Shown here: one piece after another, positions 29,103 to 40,742 of the stretch
Numbering within the stretch: the stretch's first letter is position 1
Layout of the letters: the number at the start of each line of letters is the position of its first letter
Origin: Opitutales bacterium
GTDB taxonomy: Bacteria; Verrucomicrobiota; Verrucomicrobiia; Opitutales; Seribacteraceae
Assembly (NCBI GenBank): GCA_045567635.1
Contig: JBJLCO010000032.1
Coordinates: 9,222-73,221 of the forward strand
DNA length: 64,000 nucleotides
Direction of reading: 5' to 3'
The notes under the pieces: generated by a model
The model's database searches: none
The model's input: only the letters and a program-made list of their open reading frames with translations
What the model was told of the DNA's origin: nothing
Position numbers and translations under genes: made by a program

Positions 29103-30566
29103 TCAGTACTCAATCACCCAGCAGTTATTTTGCGAGAAATGCAGGGCCTCCTCCGCCCCGACCCAGCGTTCCTGATAACGGTCTCCCCACGAATCTGTGA
29201 AGGCGACCTCCTCCGTCTCCTTGTTAAATCCGTGAATAATACAAATATGCCGGGCTTCGGAAATATGCGGCTTGGCCAATCCCTTTACCTGTTTGGACGC
29301 ATCCTTAATCGTCTCCTTCCAACTATCCGGACTGACCCCCACGCGTTCCCTTGTTCGTTCATTGGCAATCCGGTTAAATTGTTCTGTCGAATGAAGGCCC
29401 CATAAAATCGGGATTCCGGAGTCAATCAACCGCATCAGTTCCTTAAAGGAAGGATGTCCTTTCAGGGGCTTAAATGTCCGTCCGGCAGACCATACTTCCT
29501 TTTGCACCGATTCGACCAGAGTCGGGGTGTGGGTTCCTCCACCCAGTCCCGTGCTCCCCGCCATCGCCAGCAGGTACATATCCGCAGGCACTTCCATGTA
29601 CCGCATGCAGCGCTCAAAAGTGGCCGGCACACAATAACCCTTCGGTCCCTGATCCACCATTGGAATATTGCCAATCACCACATCCCCATTGTCCCGCCGC
29701 TCGACATTGGCCCGGTGTACCCGGCGGATATGCATATCCGCGACCTTGCGGGCTTTCCCCCGGGCATTCGCCCGTTCAATCGTTTCCACCGCCAGGCTGA
29801 CAAAGTCACCCTCCGCCACCGAGAGCAGAAAGCTGTGCCCCGACCAGTCCCAGCGCGAAACTTTCCGCTTCGCGGAGCCCTGTCCGTAATTCTGCCTTCT
29901 TGCTTTTCCCAATAATGATTCCATTCTTTCCGTAATTAATTCCTCATCCCGTTCAATCCAGGACTCCAACACTTTCGGGTCCTTGGTCACTTCCCCCTCC
30001 TTGAAATGCTCCTCCCCTGCCCCCGCGGAGGCAAAGCAGTCTCCCTTATTCGCGAACACCAGCGAAGCCCCCGTCGTGCTCGCCGGGCCACCATAGAGGG
30101 CGGCGGAATACGGACGGGCGGATGCAAATTTATAATTCGCCGGGGCATAGAGGCGGAAACTTTTCGAGGTCTCCGTTGAGGATTCCCCCGGCCAACGCAA
30201 ACGGGAAGCCACCTCTCCCGGGTCGTCATCCCACAACACATTGTCCGCAAACATCGGGCTTCCCAGAATCTCGTTTATTTTTTCAAACGAAATTCCAGGC
30301 TCCGCCAGGGATCCGACTGGAGTACTCTCCGTTGGATTCCCGTCCCCCACAATTTTTACCCGACTGGCCTCATCAAAAAGGCTCAGGGATACCTGAAAGG
30401 ATACCCCATCCGCCCGTCTCAGGAATACCTGATCTCCCGCCACTTTTAACACCACTGCCTGAATCGTGGCCCCTTTTGTACTGGTTAAGGACTGCAATTC
30501 GGGTGCGGAAAAAAGCGGGATAGCAAAAATAAGGAGCAGGAATAAGCGAAAAATGATTGTGAACAT
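29103..30566 (-). CDS. secreted protein: SHD1-like N-domain plus C39/papain-like cysteine peptidase-like C-domain
   Basis: Signal peptide [24 protein letters not shown]1-like segment [37 protein letters not shown]. Candidate catalytic residues Gln306-x5-Cys312 (VDQGPKGYC), His440 (HICIIHGF) and Asp458 (FTDSWG). Confidence 0.55.
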   Translation of the reverse strand: MFTIIFRLFLLLIFAIPLFSAPELQSLTSTKGATIQAVVLKVAGDQVFLRRADGVSFQVSLSLFDEASRVKIVGDGNPTESTPVGSLAEPGISFEKINEILGSPMFADNVLWDDDPGEVASRLRWPGESSTETSKSFRLYAPANYKFASARPYSAALYGGPASTTGASLVFANKGDCFASAGAGEEHFKEGEVTKDPKVLESWIERDEELITERMESLLGKARRQNYGQGSAKRKVSRWDWSGHSFLLSVAEGDFVSLAVETIERANARGKARKVADMHIRRVHRANVERRDNGDVVIGNIPMVDQGPKGYCVPATFERCMRYMEVPADMYLLAMAGSTGLGGGTHTPTLVESVQKEVWSAGRTFKPLKGHPSFKELMRLIDSGIPILWGLHSTEQFNRIANERTRERVGVSPDSWKETIKDASKQVKGLAKPHISEARHICIIHGFNKETEEVAFTDSWGDRYQERWVGAEEALHFSQNNCWVIEY

Positions 30567-30687
30567 AACTCACAGAATAAGATATTTTCATTTTCCAAAA
30601 CAAGACTTTTTTGTGGGTCTGATTTCGAAAGAAGTTTGCAGGCCAAACCGAAAACAAGTAGCGTTTCTACTTTTCTATCACTTTATA

Positions 30688-30693
30688 TATAAT
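30688..30693 (+). promoter_or_regulatory. possible -10 element (perfect TATAAT) 6 nt upstream of the icd ATG
   Basis: tataat at 30688-30693, then cgtacc, then ATG at 30700. No good -35 element (ttctac at best). Motif evidence only. Confidence 0.25.
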
Positions 30694-30699
30694 CGTACC

Positions 30700-32928
30700 A
30701 TGTCATCCGAATCCACTATCATCTACACCCGAACCGACGAGGCACCCGCCCTTGCCACATACTCACTTCTCCCCATTCTTCGGTCATTCACCGCCTCCAG
30801 CGGGGTAAAGTTTGAATCCCGAGATATTTCCCTCGCCGCCCGGATCCTTGCTCATTTCCCTGACACCCTCAACGAGGACCAGCGTGTCCCCGATGCCCTG
30901 GCCGAACTGGGTCAACTCGCCACCACTCCGGAAGCGAACATCATCAAACTTCCCAATATCAGTGCCTCCATTCCCCAGCTCAAGGAAGCGGTCCGCGAAT
31001 TGCAGGCCAAGGGATTCAATCTCCCCGATTTCCCCGACGATCCTCAAAGCGATACCGAAAAAACCACCCGGGCATCCTATGCCAAAGTTCTCGGCTCCGC
31101 AGTCAATCCCGTCCTGCGCGAAGGAAACTCCGACCGCCGTGTTGCTCAGCCGGTCAAGGAGTACGCCCAGAAGAACCCCCATTCCATGGGAGCCTGGTCC
31201 GCTGACTCCAAAACCCATGTCGCTCATATGCAGTCCGGTGATTTCTACGGCAGTGAACAGTCGGTCCGCATGGATCAGGATCAGTCCGTAACCATCGAAT
31301 TTACCGATCCATCCGGGGAGAAAAAAGTGCTCAAGGAAAACCTCGCCCTGCTCGAAGGGGAAGTGATTGACGCTTCGGTGATGAGCCGTGCTTCCCTGCG
31401 CTCCTTCCTGGCCGAACAATTGGACGAGGCAACCCAACAGGATGTTCTCTTTTCCCTGCACATGAAAGCCACCATGATGAAAGTCTCCGATCCGATTATC
31501 TTCGGACACTGTGTCGAGGCCTACCTCGGCGACTTGTTGGAATCCCATGGTGAGACACTGAAAAATGCCGGGTTTAATCCCAATAATGGACTGTCCGATT
31601 TTTACCGTGTCCTCGATACGCTCGATCCGGAAACCCAATCCGCCATCCGGACCGGTTTGGAGCAGATTATTGAAAAACGCCCCCCCGTTGCCATGGTCAA
31701 TTCCGACAAGGGAATCACCAACCTGCATGTCCCCAGCGATGTGATTATTGATGCCTCCATGCCTGCGATGATCCGTACATCCGGACAGATGTGGGGACCC
31801 GACGGCAACCCCGCAGATACCAAAGCGGTCATCCCTGACCGGAACTACGCCGGAGTATATCAGGCAACGATCGATTTCTGCAAAGAAAACGGAGCCTTTG
31901 ATGTCACAACCATGGGCAATGTCGCCAATGTCGGACTGATGGCCAAGAAAGCCGAGGAATATGGTTCCCACGACAAAACTTTTGAAATCGAAAAACCCGG
32001 CACCGTTCGGGTCCTCGGAGCAACCGGCAATGTCCTGCTCTCCCATGAAGTTGAGACCGGGGATATCTGGCGGATGTGCCAGACCAAGCGCATCTCGATT
32101 ACCGACTGGGTTAAACTGGCGGTGAACCGCTCCCGACTGAGCGGTACTCCGGTGATCTTCTGGCTCGATGAAAACCGCCCCCACGATGCCAATCTAATCA
32201 AATATGTTAACGCGAAATTAACCACCCTGGAAACCGACGGACTGGATATCCAGATCCTCGCTCCCATCGAAGCCACCCGTGTCACCTGCCAACGCTGCAA
32301 GGACGGGCTCGATACCATCTCCGCAACCGGCAATGTGTTGCGCGATTATTTAACCGACCTCTTTCCCATCCTCGAACTTGGCACCAGTGCCAAGATGCTC
32401 TCCATCGTCCCCCTCCTTGCCGGGGGCGGACTGTTTGAGACCGGGGCCGGGGGATCCGCCCCCAAGCATGTTCAGCAATTCGTCGCCGAAGGACATTTGC
32501 GTTGGGACTCCCTCGGGGAATTCCTTGCCGTTGGCGTTTCCCTTGAGGACCTCGCTGAAAAAACCGGTAATGCCCGGGCAGGCGTGCTCGCCCACTGCTT
32601 GAATCAGGGAATCGGACGCTTCCTGGACGAAAACAAATCCCCCTCCCGTAAAGTCAACGAACTGGACAACCGGGGCAGTCATTTTTACCTCGCCCTCTTC
32701 TGGGCGGAAGCCCTCGCCGAGCAGGAGAAAGATCCCGGACTGCGTGATCAATTCTCCCCGCTCGCCCGCACCCTGCGTGCCCACGAAGAAAAAATCATTA
32801 ATGAACTGAACGAGCCACAGGACTCCCCGGTTGATCTCGGTGGATACTACTTCCCCGACGAAAACAAAGCATCTTCTGCGATGCGACCGAGTGAAACTTT
32901 CAATCAGGCACTGGCGACTATCGCCTAA
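30700..32928 (+). CDS. icd: isocitrate dehydrogenase (NADP), monomeric type
   Basis: About 742 aa. The N-terminus [43 protein letters not shown] is characteristic of monomeric IDH. The start is set at the internal ATG 30700 of ORF 30466..32928. Confidence 0.92.
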   Translation: MSSESTIIYTRTDEAPALATYSLLPILRSFTASSGVKFESRDISLAARILAHFPDTLNEDQRVPDALAELGQLATTPEANIIKLPNISASIPQLKEAVRELQAKGFNLPDFPDDPQSDTEKTTRASYAKVLGSAVNPVLREGNSDRRVAQPVKEYAQKNPHSMGAWSADSKTHVAHMQSGDFYGSEQSVRMDQDQSVTIEFTDPSGEKKVLKENLALLEGEVIDASVMSRASLRSFLAEQLDEATQQDVLFSLHMKATMMKVSDPIIFGHCVEAYLGDLLESHGETLKNAGFNPNNGLSDFYRVLDTLDPETQSAIRTGLEQIIEKRPPVAMVNSDKGITNLHVPSDVIIDASMPAMIRTSGQMWGPDGNPADTKAVIPDRNYAGVYQATIDFCKENGAFDVTTMGNVANVGLMAKKAEEYGSHDKTFEIEKPGTVRVLGATGNVLLSHEVETGDIWRMCQTKRISITDWVKLAVNRSRLSGTPVIFWLDENRPHDANLIKYVNAKLTTLETDGLDIQILAPIEATRVTCQRCKDGLDTISATGNVLRDYLTDLFPILELGTSAKMLSIVPLLAGGGLFETGAGGSAPKHVQQFVAEGHLRWDSLGEFLAVGVSLEDLAEKTGNARAGVLAHCLNQGIGRFLDENKSPSRKVNELDNRGSHFYLALFWAEALAEQEKDPGLRDQFSPLARTLRAHEEKIINELNEPQDSPVDLGGYYFPDENKASSAMRPSETFNQALATIA

Positions 32929-32971
32929 AAGAAAAAGTCACTAAAAACCGTCCTAGGAATGTTCAATTCAC

Positions 32972-33307
32972 TTAACCGGTTTTTAATTCCAATTCATCGA
33001 CCCGTTTTTCGAGTCCTCCCTTAAGTTTCGATTTTTTCTTCTCCGCCTCGTAGGATTCTTCAGGCACTATTCCCATCACCACCTCCTCGAGTATTTCAAT
33101 GCGCTTTTTCATTTCAATTGATTCCTTGGTCAGATTGATCTTCCCGGAAAAAACCTGCCAAAAAAGAAGGGTCATCCATCCGCAATAAATCCACAATCCT
33201 TCAATATTATGCTGGGTATCCCAATAAAAAAAATAGACGAGAAAAAGAATCACTGGGATAATCAATTTTACAAGTCTTGTAAGTACTTTGGCTGTTATCA
33301 TATCCAA
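32972..33307 (-). CDS. hypothetical small membrane protein (2 TM plus a charged coiled-coil tail)
   Basis: Two hydrophobic segments (LVKLIIPVILFLVYFFYW and GLWIYCGWMTLLFWQVF), then a Lys/Glu-rich C-terminus. Confidence 0.45.
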   Translation of the reverse strand: MDMITAKVLTRLVKLIIPVILFLVYFFYWDTQHNIEGLWIYCGWMTLLFWQVFSGKINLTKESIEMKKRIEILEEVVMGIVPEESYEAEKKKSKLKGGLEKRVDELELKTG

Positions 33308-33568
33308 AAGATAATCAAGGCAACCACTCTTTAGAAGAGTTAATTTTTAATAGATCCTGACTCGGCACACATAAAAATCGCTGCCGATTACAAACTGTAG
33401 GAAAGTGACAAAATATAAGATAGTTTTCGGAAGAGGTAAACAAAGCGGCAAGCCAACGAGTTCCAAAGCACGCGAACACAAATAACATTATCTAGCATTC
33501 TCAACCTCTTTACTAATTTGATCATTTTCCAATTGCATTTACCTGCAAAGCTTTCAGGAATCCTTCTC

Positions 33569-35135
33569 ATGAAATACAATCCATTTTCCATTCTCCCCAT
33601 TATCATTTTTATCTTTGGATCCCAATGCATGATAGCAAAAAAACCTAATGTTCTATTCGTTCTCGTAGACGACATGGGTGCGAAAGACTTATCCAATGAA
33701 GGGTCCACTTTTTATGAAAGTCCAAACATCGACCGGATTGCCCGTGAGGGAATGAAATTCTCCCGTGGCTATGCCACTTGCCAGGTCTGCAGTCCCTCCC
33801 GGGCGAGTATTCTCACCGGAAAATACCCGGTCAATCATGGTATCACCACTTGGATTGGGGACGCTTCCGGGGAAGCATGGAGCAGGCGGGGCCGACATGA
33901 CAGTCACCTGCCACCGGAGTATGAACATAATCTCCGGTCTTCCGAGATCACCCTGGCCGAGGCAATGAAAAATGCCGGGTACACCACCTTTTTTGCCGGG
34001 AAATGGCACCTCGGGAGCGAGGGCTCCTGGCCGACCGACCATGGGTTTGACCTAAATAAGGGAGGCTGGGATGTGGGCAGTCCACGGGGAGGCTTTTTCT
34101 CCCCTTGGCAAAACCCCAATCTCGAGTCAGGTCCGGCCGGAGAATCCCTCACCCAGCGACTCGGGCAGGAGACCGCCGACTTTATCGATGCCAATAAAAA
34201 TCAACCCTTCCTTGCTTATTTATCCTTTTACACCGTGCACGGACCAATCCAGACCACTGAGGAATTATGGAAGAAATACCGCGACAAAGCGGAAAAGCGT
34301 GGACTCGCCGGGGAGCGTTTTCTTTTCGACCGGCGTCTCAATGTCCGTCAGGTTCAGGACTGCCCGATCTATGCGGGGATGATCGAGCAGCTCGATCAGG
34401 CCATCGGTATCGTACTGGACAAGCTCGACGAGCACGGGCTGAATGATCAGACGATCATTTGCTTCACTTCTGATAACGGGGGAGTTTCCTCGGGCGATGC
34501 TTATGCCACTTCCAATCTGCCCCTCCGCGGAGGTAAAGGCAGGCAGTGGGAAGGCGGAATACGTGAACCTTTTTACCTCATAGCCCCCGGAGTATCAAAA
34601 CCCCATTCGTCTAGTGCCACTCCGGTCAGCGGAATCGACTGGTACCCCCACCCTGCTTGAACTGTGCGGGGTTCCCATCCCCAAAAAACAGGAGATCGAT
34701 GGAGTTAGTCTGGTACCGCTATTAGAAGGAAAAGAAATCAGTAAACGCCCGCTTTTTTGGCACTATCCGCATTATGGAAACCAGGGAGGAGAACCGAGTT
34801 CAATCATCCTGGAGGGCAACTGGAAACTGATTTATTACCACGAGGACGGGCGGGATGAGTTGTACGACTTATCCCAAGATATCGGAGAGCAGAACGATCT
34901 TCTCGCCACGGAGAGAAAACGGGCCAAGAAAATGCGTACAAAATTGGATGCCTGGCTAAAAGAGACCAGGGCAAAATTCCCCAAGCCGGATCCAAAATTT
35001 GATTCCGCTAAACGCGCCGCCCGTTGGCAGAATATTGAAGTATCGAACCGAAAAAGCCTCGAAAAGCGTCACGCTGATTTTCTTAAATCCGATTTCCGGC
35101 CCAATCAGGACTGGTGGGGAAGCACGGTTGATTGA
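33569..35135 (+). pseudogene. sulfatase (formylglycine-dependent, arylsulfatase A family), +1 frameshift in a C5 run
   Basis: Signal peptide, NVLFVLVDDMG, and the active-site motif CQVCSPSRASILTGKYP. At the C5 run 34645-34649 the frame changes: SGIDWYP is followed by TLLELCGVPIP.. in the next frame. Confidence 0.85.
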
Positions 35136-35147
35136 TGAGATACGGGG

Positions 35148-36131
35148 CTAACCGAGGTTGCGAATAAAGGCTCCCGGACTGATTCCGGTAACCCGCTTAA
35201 AAACCGTGGCAAAATACTGTCGGGAAGAAAACCCCAGCTGATAGGCCACTTCTTTAATATGCGCATTCTCTGCCGACAGTAACCGGGTTGCCTCTTCGAT
35301 TCGCTTGCGGTTTATATAATCAAGCGGGGAACTCCCCATTTCCCGGCGAAACCGTTTACGGAAGGAGGTCTCAGACATCCCCACCCGCTGGGCCAGTTGC
35401 TCCACCGTCGCCGGAGCAGAGAGGTTGGAATGGATGACATCCGCACACTCTCCCATCGCCGGCGAAATTTGCCTGGAAATGGATTCTCCCTTCGTCCGCT
35501 CCTCATCCCGGATCACCGCGGTCAACAGCTGGTGCAGGGTCGCCCGGCAAATCATCGAAGAGTATTTTGCCGGGCTGCGGTGTTCCGCAAGGATTTTTGC
35601 AAAAGAATCACCGACCAGACGGGATACCCGGAAAGCCCGGCGGGTCAATCCCTCAAAACCAAGCCGGAGGTTTTCCGTTTCTTCCTCCGTCAGTCCGGGC
35701 AGTGACTGGGATTGAGGAAATGCGATTCGGAGCCAGTAGTGTTCACATGGTTCAAGCGCTCCGGAGCGGCTGCCATGCTTTTCATTGGGCCGGATCACCA
35801 GTGCCATCCCGGAACGAAGGACATAATTCCTGTCCTCCACCCACCAGTTCACTTCGCCGTTCACCATGAAGTGAATCTCATACTCCTCGGAATGAGCATC
35901 CGGTTCCAATGCCCGGGCAAAAGCCCGGGCAAAGCGCAGCCAGCCCACGATGCCAAGTTCCGGAAGCAAGGACTGCTCCCCCTCATAGGAAAGATGGCGC
36001 CTCCCTGGCTCGGGCACAAATTTCGCCCAGACATCCTTCAATTCCTCCATCATGCTTTCTCGGTTCTGACCCGAATTTTTAAACGGGTCAAGCTTTTGTA
36101 TAAATTTCGGTTCAACGGAATATCGATACAC
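35148..36131 (-). CDS. AraC-family transcriptional regulator (cupin-like N-domain plus HTH)
   Basis: C-terminal AraC HTH (VEQLAQRVGMSETSFRKRFRREMGSSPLDYINRKRIEEA..VAYQLGFSSRQYFATVFKRVTGISP). Confidence 0.85.
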   Translation of the reverse strand: MYRYSVEPKFIQKLDPFKNSGQNRESMMEELKDVWAKFVPEPGRRHLSYEGEQSLLPELGIVGWLRFARAFARALEPDAHSEEYEIHFMVNGEVNWWVEDRNYVLRSGMALVIRPNEKHGSRSGALEPCEHYWLRIAFPQSQSLPGLTEEETENLRLGFEGLTRRAFRVSRLVGDSFAKILAEHRSPAKYSSMICRATLHQLLTAVIRDEERTKGESISRQISPAMGECADVIHSNLSAPATVEQLAQRVGMSETSFRKRFRREMGSSPLDYINRKRIEEATRLLSAENAHIKEVAYQLGFSSRQYFATVFKRVTGISPGAFIRNLG

Positions 36132-36276
36132 AAATCAGCATCGAATTGAAAGAAAAATTTGGCATAATCAGGTAAATAAGTACTATATTGCTCGTTTCAG
36201 TTGTATACATTTCGTAACCACATGTGATGATGAATCTGTCCAAAATTTTTCTCAATCAACCTGCCCTTTGTGATTT

Positions 36277-39200
36277 TTGTCGCTCTTGGCTTCACAACTT
36301 GGCAGCGTTTCACTTTTCGCCAAGAAAGTCACCCCGGAAGAGATCGAGTTTATCTCCCAGGCCATTCCCGAAGGTATTCCTGCAAATAAAAAATACCGGG
36401 TTCTCGTTTTTTCGAAGCCTTACACCTACTTTCATTCCTCTATCGGGGTGGCCAAGGAAATGGCCCGGCAAATGGGCGAAAAGACCGGTCTGTTTAACGC
36501 CGACTTTACCGATGACCCCGCGGATCTCAGTGCGGAAAACCTCCAGAATTACGATGCTGTTTATCTGAACAACACCACCAGCATCGAACGGGGCCTTAAG
36601 ACGGAAAAGATGCGCAGGGACTTTATTGACTATGTGCGAAATGGGGGCGGACTGGTTGCCATCCATGCCGCCACCGACGGGGGATGGCCGGAATACGTGG
36701 ATATGATTGGCGGAAATTTTGACGGGCATCCCTGGGGACATCAGGGAACTTATTGTCTGTGTAATGAGGATCCCACTCACCCTGTGGTGAAAGGAATTTT
36801 CGGAGGTGAACAAAGTTTTAAACTTAATGATGAACTTTATCAGTATAAAGATTTTGACCGGGATAAGGTGCGTGTGCTGCTCTCCATTGATATGTCCAAA
36901 TTCGAAAACCAGCGGGGGGGCAGAAAACGGGACGATAATGATTATGCCATGGCCTGGGTGCGGGATTTTGGCAAGGGTCGGGTCTTTGTATCCAGCCCGG
37001 GGCACAACCATCATATTTACTGGAATAAAGAAATACTCAAAATGTGGCACCAGGGCTTTCGTTTTGCCCTCGGGGAATTGGCGGTGGAAACCGAATCCAT
37101 TCCCAAACCTTCCTATGCTCTACCTCCACCTGAAGGTAAACAGGATCCAATGGTGCGTTTCAAAAGCCCCGAGGAGAGCCAGAAAGCTTTCAAAACTCAA
37201 CCTGGGTATTCCCTGGAACTGGTTGCGGATAATCCTCTGGTCACCGAACCGACAGTTTGTGTGTGGGACGGGAATGGAAGGATGTATGTTGCCGAGTGGC
37301 GCACCTACATGCAGGATATCGAAGGATCCGGCACCAATGATCCAGTCAGTCAGGTGGTTCGTTTGGAGGACACCAATGGGGATGGGGTCATGGATCACAA
37401 AACTGTTTTTGCCAAAGATCTGCTCTTGCCAAGGATGATCCTCCCTCTTCTGGATTCAGTCCTGATTGCGGAGTCCAACACCAATGATATTTTTGAATAC
37501 TTCGACCGGGATAATGACGGAGTGGCCGAAGAGAAAGAAATCTGGTACGAAGGCGGAAAAAGGGGAGGCAATGTCGAACATCAGCCCTCCGGCTTAATTT
37601 GGAGCATGGATAACTGGCTCTACATGACCTACAGTGATTACCGTCTTCGGTTTCGGGACGGGAAAGTGATCAAGGGAGAAACCAAGGGTAACCGTGGCCA
37701 GTGGGGACTGACCCAGGATAATGCCGGAAAAGTGATGTATGTGGATGCCGGGGCTGGGATTGGACCCGCACACCCGCTCTTTCCCAATATTTACACCAAA
37801 TGGCACCCCAAGTGGGTCATGGCGGAAGGATTCCGTGAGGTCTTCCCAACGGATAATATCGCCGATTCTCAGGGCGGATTTGGCAGTATGCGGGCCAATA
37901 ACACCGCCAAAAGTTTCACCGCCACCTGCGGACAGGCCATCTTTCGGGGCGACCGGTTGCCCCGCGAGTTGCAGGGGAATTTATTTTTCCATGAACCGGT
38001 GGGCCGCCTGACCCGCCGAGCGACCGTACGGACGGATGAGATGGGTCGCCGCGTGCTCCACAATGCATACACCGAAGATGAGTTTATTTCCAGTTCGGAC
38101 GCCAATTTCAGACCGGTTAATTCCGCAACCGGACCGGATGGCACCCTTTACATCGTCGACATGCACCGCGGGGTGGTGCAGGAATCCGCCTGGGTGCCCA
38201 AAGGTTCATTCATTCACTCGGCGATCAAGCATTACGGTTTGGACCAAAATGTGCAACGCGGCCGGATATACCGGGTTCGCCATTCCGGATTCCAACCCGG
38301 ACCACGCCCCAATATGCTCAGTGAATCCTCCGCCGAATTGGTCGGGCATCTTTCCCACCCCAACGGATGGTGGCGGGATGAAGCCCAAAAACTGATCATT
38401 CTAAAGGGCGACCGTTCGGTACTCCCCACCCTTCGCCAACTGGTGACCCAGGGAAAAAATCCTCTGGGCCGACTCCATGCCCTTTGGACCATCGAGGGCT
38501 TGGATGCCATCGAGTTGGACTTCCTCAAAACGGTGTACCAGGACGACGACCCCACCGTACGGGCGGCCGCCATCCGGATGACCGAGCCATTCTTTCATGA
38601 AGACATGAAAACCATTGCGGACCTCCATTCTCTCGTCAGTGATCCCCATCACGATGTCGCTATCCAGCTTCTCCTGTCCGCGTCCACCAAGGTGACTCCC
38701 GAAACCCGTGCACTCGCCGGTTCGGTACTTTCCGAAAACCCCTCCAATGCATACCTCCGTGAAATCGATGACGAATTGAATAAGGATTATTTTGCAGAAG
38801 TGGCCCGGCAAGAGGCGTTGGCCCAGTTGGAGGCGGAGGAGGTGGCTCTGCTTAACGCCGGTAAAAAACATTTCGAATCACTTTGCGCCACCTGTCATGC
38901 CCCGGACGGCACCGGGGTTGACACCCCCGGATGGAAAAATGAAAATGGCTCCCTCCTTCATTAACAATCCCACCGTGATCGGATCGAAAGATGTACTCGC
39001 CAAAGTCGCCCTACAGGGGATTTCCGGGCCCCTGCGTGGAAAATCCTACATGGGCGGATACATGATGCCCCTGAAAACAAATGACGATGATTATATCGCT
39101 TCGGTGTTAACTTACATCCGCAACAGCTTTGGTAATCAAGCAGGCATGATCAAACCCGAGGAAGTGGCCCAGGCCCGTGAGGAAACAGCCGGCAATACCC

Positions 39201-40075
39201 AGGCATACACCGAGGCGTCCCTTCGGGAAATTCTACTCAATTCGGGAAGTGAGATCGAACTTTGGACGCTATCCGCAAGTCACGGGCAGAAACACCTACA
39301 ATTCATTCAGGATGAAGATGAGAAAACAACATTTGCCACCAAGGCGGCCCTGAAAGTCGGCACCTGGATCGAGGCGGAATTTCCCCATCAGCGCAATGTG
39401 TTTAAGGTCATCCTGACCGCAAAGGGTGGCGATTACCCGGGTATCGTGAAAGTGGAGGTTTCCGAGAACGGGGACACTTGGCATACCGTGGCTGACCGGG
39501 TGGAAGGTTCACAGGTGACCACGATTCCATTTGAAATGACGGTGGCTCAGAAAGTGCGGATCACCAGTCTGGAGGAAAAAAACAGCTGGTGGCAGTTGTA
39601 TAAACTGGAAATTATTGGACCGGGTATGGGGGATGTGGACCAGTATAAACCCACCGACCGTCATTATCTCCAACTCGATGATGCCAAGCAGGTCAAAGTG
39701 GGGTGGAGTACTGCCAAGCAGAACCGTTCAGTCACCGGAGGTGAACTTAAAATAGCCGGAGAAAAATTTTCCCACGGTATCGGAACACATGCCCACAGTG
39801 AAATCATTTATGACCTGAGCGGGAAGGAATTCCGGCGATTTTACAGTATGGTCGGACACAATGACGGGGGGCAAGACACGTTTCTGACTTTTGAAGTGCA
39901 TGTGGACGAGGAAAAAGTTTTTGACAGTGGAGATATGAAAAAGGGTGAACCCGCCAAGGCACTTGATGTATCGGTGCAGGGTGCCAGCGAACTTAAACTC
40001 GTGGTCACTAATGGCCGGGACGGAAAACCGGAGGGTGACCACGCGGACTGGGGACACGCATTTCTGGTCAAATAG
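36277..40075 (+). pseudogene. multidomain protein: ThuA-like + PVC-type membrane-bound-dehydrogenase/heme-binding region + HEAT-like + cytochrome c (CxxCH) + F5/8 type C + NPCBM; +1 frameshift in a C5 run
   Basis: ThuA block GGGLVAIHAATDG..GGNFDGHPWG..THPV..FGKGRVFVSSPGHN. Dehydrogenase-like block PGYSLELVADNPLVTEPTVCVWDGNGRMYVAEW. Heme motif CATCHAPDG. After the C5 run at 38924-38928 the next frame continues DGKMKMAPSFINNPTVIG.., then a discoidin-like region and NPCBM (HGIGTHAHSEIIYDL..ELKLVVTNGRDGKPEGDHADWGHAFL). The N-terminal start and signal peptide are uncertain (TTG at 36277; nearby frames hold a better hydrophobic core). Confidence 0.75.
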
Positions 40076-40128
40076 ATCCAGAGGGTGAGCCAACAGAATT
40101 TTGTCGGCTCCTAAGGATTCCAGCCGAT

Positions 40129-40656
40129 TCAGGTGTCAATCAATTCCGCGGTCAACTTGTGCAGGCACTCCTCGAGTTCTCCCAGTGCACGATCCGCTGA
40201 CCACACTTCCAAATTTTTAATATCCCAATACTCCACCCGATCTTTTTGTAATGGGGAAATTTTTTCCAACAAGGGACGGTGCTCCGCATCGTTCAGGGCA
40301 ATGATCCGGTCATGCTCAGGAAAGTCGGTTTCCTCGACTCGCAGGGGAAAACGATTGGATCCCAGAATCTGAACACCCTTGGATTCCGCAAATTCAAATA
40401 CTTTGGGGTGAACGCAACTGGACTGCGCAAATTCGTTACAACTTTCATCCAGTCCCCTCGAAACGGCCCGCCAGGGCATCCCCAGTAATTCAGCCCGATA
40501 ATTGAGAAACTCCTCCGCGTACCGACTGCGGTAATAATTGTCTTCACACAAAAACAGTATGCTTTGGATGCGAACCGAAGGATGGGAAGCAATGGATCCC
40601 AGCGATCGATTGATTTCCGGAAGTTTTCTCCGGTGACGATGCTTTTTAGTATTCAT
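40129..40656 (-). CDS. low-molecular-weight phosphotyrosine phosphatase/ArsC-fold protein with an atypical P-loop
   Basis: ILFLCEDNYYRSRYAEEF aligns with the LMW-PTP ILFVCxGNxCRSPMAE. C-x5-R-S is retained, but Gly is replaced by Asp and the second Cys by Tyr. Confidence 0.55.
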   Translation of the reverse strand: MNTKKHRHRRKLPEINRSLGSIASHPSVRIQSILFLCEDNYYRSRYAEEFLNYRAELLGMPWRAVSRGLDESCNEFAQSSCVHPKVFEFAESKGVQILGSNRFPLRVEETDFPEHDRIIALNDAEHRPLLEKISPLQKDRVEYWDIKNLEVWSADRALGELEECLHKLTAELIDT

Positions 40657-40742
40657 ATAAAATGGACAGAAATAGTATCAAATGACTATCCAAAAATCAA
40701 GGCATAAGCAGCCTGAGCAGGAGAACCCAAAAGACTCAAAAA

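Noticed and set aside
30784-32184. 466-aa ORF antisense to icd (also 31860..32333 and 32350..32784)
   Set aside because: It lies entirely inside a highly conserved, G+C-rich, codon-biased gene. The product is Gly/Val/Asp-rich junk typical of the shadow frame.
32972-33307. Holin-like topology (2 TM plus a charged tail) of the small membrane protein
   Set aside because: No endolysin, spanin or other phage gene is nearby. Topology alone is not diagnostic.
33326-33350. Short hairpin actctt-tag-aagagt followed by a T-rich stretch upstream of the sulfatase
   Set aside because: It is not downstream of any plus-strand gene end, and the 6-bp AT-rich stem is weak. No supported function.
36310-37050. 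246-aa ORF antisense to the ThuA-like domain, and similar shadow ORFs (37120..37398, 38401..38871, 39728..40093)
   Set aside because: They lie inside a region whose plus-strand translation shows clear ThuA, heme-binding and NPCBM motifs. They have no recognisable features of their own.
40087-40110. Hairpin gagccaac-agaatttt-gtcggctc between convergent genes
   Set aside because: The stem has an internal mismatch and no U-tract on either strand. That is insufficient to call a terminator.
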